64,000 nucleotides of DNA from Microthyrium microscopicum (taxonomy: Eukaryota). A program made the translations under genes and the position numbers. Where the stretch lies: NCBI GenBank assembly GCA_010405405.1, contig MU004246.1:248001-312000 (forward strand). The letters run 5' to 3'. The first letter of the stretch is position 1, and every line of letters begins with the position of its first letter. The notes beneath the pieces are model-generated. The model saw only the letters and a list, made by a program, of their open reading frames with translations, did not search any database and was not told the DNA's origin. Positions 62,050 through 64,000 of this stretch are shown here, in pieces.

Positions 62050-62490
62050 ACTTCTTTCTCTTTTTCAACCACGGCCGTCACAACTCGTCCTTTGTAGCTT
62101 ATTTGCTTATACAATGCCGGCGATGGTCTCTCGAGACCTCTCATCGGCCCAGAATACGCTCATCCCGCTTTAAAACCGTCAATCCGAGCGCCCCTCGTGC
62201 GGCGTCCATGACACTTTGGCGACCTAAAAGTCTGGGACATTCATCTTCATAAAATCTGCTCTTTTGTAGTAGTAATTCAATTGTAAGTTCTCTCTACTGT
62301 TCAAACCATTCCGCCTTGATGAGTCAACAGAAGCTCTGGTAATCCTACTCAACCTCGTTCTACACGATGCTGCGGCCTCACGACGGTTGAGATTGACGAG
62401 CAAAAGGCAAAGTCTGAGCTTCAAAACTCACATACTTGTTTATCCCCGAAGCATGTCATAATATCTTGCTAACGGATTACAGAATATTCT
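62050..62490 (+). ncRNA. Probable non-coding snoRNA host transcript with a 200-nt intron (62283-62482); transcript ends approximate
   Basis: Strong GTAAGT donor, GCTAAC branch point (62468) and CAG acceptor. Only a 19-codon ATG ORF (62114-62173) lies upstream. Divergent from the eIF4E gene. Confidence 0.6.
62313..62419 (+). ncRNA. Intronic box C/D guide RNA predicted to target U2 and U5 snRNAs
   Basis: Box C TGATGA 62317-62322, D' CCTA 62344-62347, stem CTCAACC/GGTTGAG, C' TGACGA 62394-62399, box D CTGA 62414-62417 and a terminal GC/GC stem. Guides are TCTGGTAA and CAAAAGGCAAAG. Confidence 0.8.
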
Positions 62491-62491
62491 C

Positions 62492-63331
62492 TTATTCCCT
62501 GACTTCTATTTTGGTGTTGAAGCGTACTCTGCTTTCACCCACAACCAAAGCCCAGAAATCGTACCATGCTTCCCATGTCTCTTCATCAGGCGCATTCAGC
62601 AAGCCAGTGTAGCCACCTCCAACCCCATAAACCTCCAGGTACCTTGGAGGAACCATCTCGGTCATATCATGCAGCAAACTCGACGCATCCATGTTGACCT
62701 GTCTCACCGCTCTGGTAATTTCCTTCCACTCCTTTCGTATTTCCTTATCCTCCCTCTTAGGACGTTTCCCTTGTCGTCTCCAGCTTCCCCGCTTGCGTAA
62801 AGTTTCCTGGAGTTTTTCCGACCTTCTTTGCAACTCATCAAAGCGTTCCATCACTCGCTCTACCAGCTCAGGTAATTCGTACGCCGCTTTCGATCCTTGT
62901 GTTTGCAAGCGTTCATTTCTGGCTGTGTCTTTGGTCACTGGGTTGTTTGCTAGGTAATCTAGTAGGTCCAGCATGTCAGCTATATCAATGAATAGATGTT
63001 CTATCTGTCCCCAGGTGAGACGATCGAGCCGACTCCCTATTGTAAAGCCCATCTTCATCCAAGCGTATGCTCGATCGACGCTTTGTTGCGCCATTGGGCA
63101 CCTGTCACTTGGTTCCTCGCCGTTTTCGGAGTCCACTTTGTTGTCATGGCTTTCTGTTGCTTGGCTGTCCAGCTCTTTTATCTCCGGCTTACGAGATTGG
63201 TCTGCTACCCTTGCCTGGCTTTGGGCGTCTTCCTTGGTCTGACTCGAAATCCTGGACTTTTGCTTCGAAATTGGGTTGATAGCACGGTCAGCCTCTACCA
63301 CTGGATTGCAATGTTGTTTGTTGTTGGCCAT
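62492..63331 (-). CDS. Orphan helical protein (tandem paralogue 1)
   Basis: ORF of about 279 aa. C-terminal half is similar to the neighbouring ORF at 63710-64000. Confidence 0.7.
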   Translation of the reverse strand: MANNKQHCNPVVEADRAINPISKQKSRISSQTKEDAQSQARVADQSRKPEIKELDSQATESHDNKVDSENGEEPSDRCPMAQQSVDRAYAWMKMGFTIGSRLDRLTWGQIEHLFIDIADMLDLLDYLANNPVTKDTARNERLQTQGSKAAYELPELVERVMERFDELQRRSEKLQETLRKRGSWRRQGKRPKREDKEIRKEWKEITRAVRQVNMDASSLLHDMTEMVPPRYLEVYGVGGGYTGLLNAPDEETWEAWYDFWALVVGESRVRFNTKIEVRE

Positions 63332-63709
63332 ATCCAATTGAGTGTTTCTGGATGATGCATTACTCTGGAACTCACAATTTATATAGAGTGGCTAATTGTG
63401 TTAGCTAAACAGCCAGTAACTGCCAGCTGGAACAATGACAACTTCCCAGTCATCATTCACGAACACTTCAGCATCAGGACGGTCAGATCACCGACTTGTC
63501 TGGTGAAGCTACAAGGGCAGTGGACTGCTCAGCTGCTCCGAACAGCTCGCTACTGACCAAACTGTAATGGTGACTTTTAGTACGCAGTTTCCTTGGGCCT
63601 CTTGTATTCACTGTTGACGTATCGCTTCATTCCGAAGTTCCCTTTCATGCCAAGCGAGTCTCGATACCATGATTCTCCAATTTACTATATGCTAGCTACC
63701 CTCCAGCAG

Positions 63710-64000
63710 CTATGCCATGCCCAGAAAGCGTTTAATGCTCTCTTTACCTTCCACAATCCCTTGTAAGATTGGATCTAGGAACCCAGCCAAACCACCATCG
63801 TTCTCAGCACTCTCCACAAACTCCGTAGGAAGCAAATCCACGACATTCCGCAACAATCTCGAAGCATCCACATTAACACTCCTCACCGCCTTCGTCAACA
63901 ACACCTGCTCGTCACGAGTAAGCTCCTCCCCAGCGCTCTTTCGCAAATCGTCCTCGGTTGTTCGAGACAGGCTCAGCAACCTATCAAAGCTCCTATTCAC
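63710..64000 (-). CDS. Orphan helical protein (tandem paralogue 2), 3' part only
   Basis: LTKAVRSVNVDASRLL aligns with ITRAVRQVNMDASSLL of the adjacent gene. Runs off the window end. Confidence 0.7.
   Translation of the reverse strand: MNRSFDRLLSLSRTTEDDLRKSAGEELTRDEQVLLTKAVRSVNVDASRLLRNVVDLLPTEFVESAENDGGLAGFLDPILQGIVEGKESIKRFLGMA

Overview
Eukaryotic DNA from a filamentous ascomycete (Pezizomycotina; short GT-AG introns with CTRAC branch points). The exact taxon cannot be determined from this window. About 25 protein genes are supportable: an Nramp (partial) head-to-head with a Mn-type CDF, an F-box-like/TPR protein, a GNAT, a small secreted 6-Cys protein, a ZIP transporter, an MCT-like MFS, an atypical P450, an NPR/HAL-family kinase, a Cti6-like PHD protein, a PQ-loop protein, a Ulp2-like SUMO protease, a class II eIF4E and several orphans, including two paralogue pairs. 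The strongest non-coding signal is an intron-encoded box C/D RNA at about 62313-62419 in an apparently non-coding host transcript. Its two guides match U2 snRNA (position equivalent to human Gm11) and U5 loop 1 (position equivalent to human Cm45) under the D+5 rule. The window also holds at least three families of non-autonomous TIR elements. One is a 566-bp element with a 5-bp TSD wedged between an intron branch point and its 3' splice site. Another is built from 18-bp palindromes, has six copies here and forms a 4-copy tandem cluster. Exon boundaries were read by eye and no database search was run.
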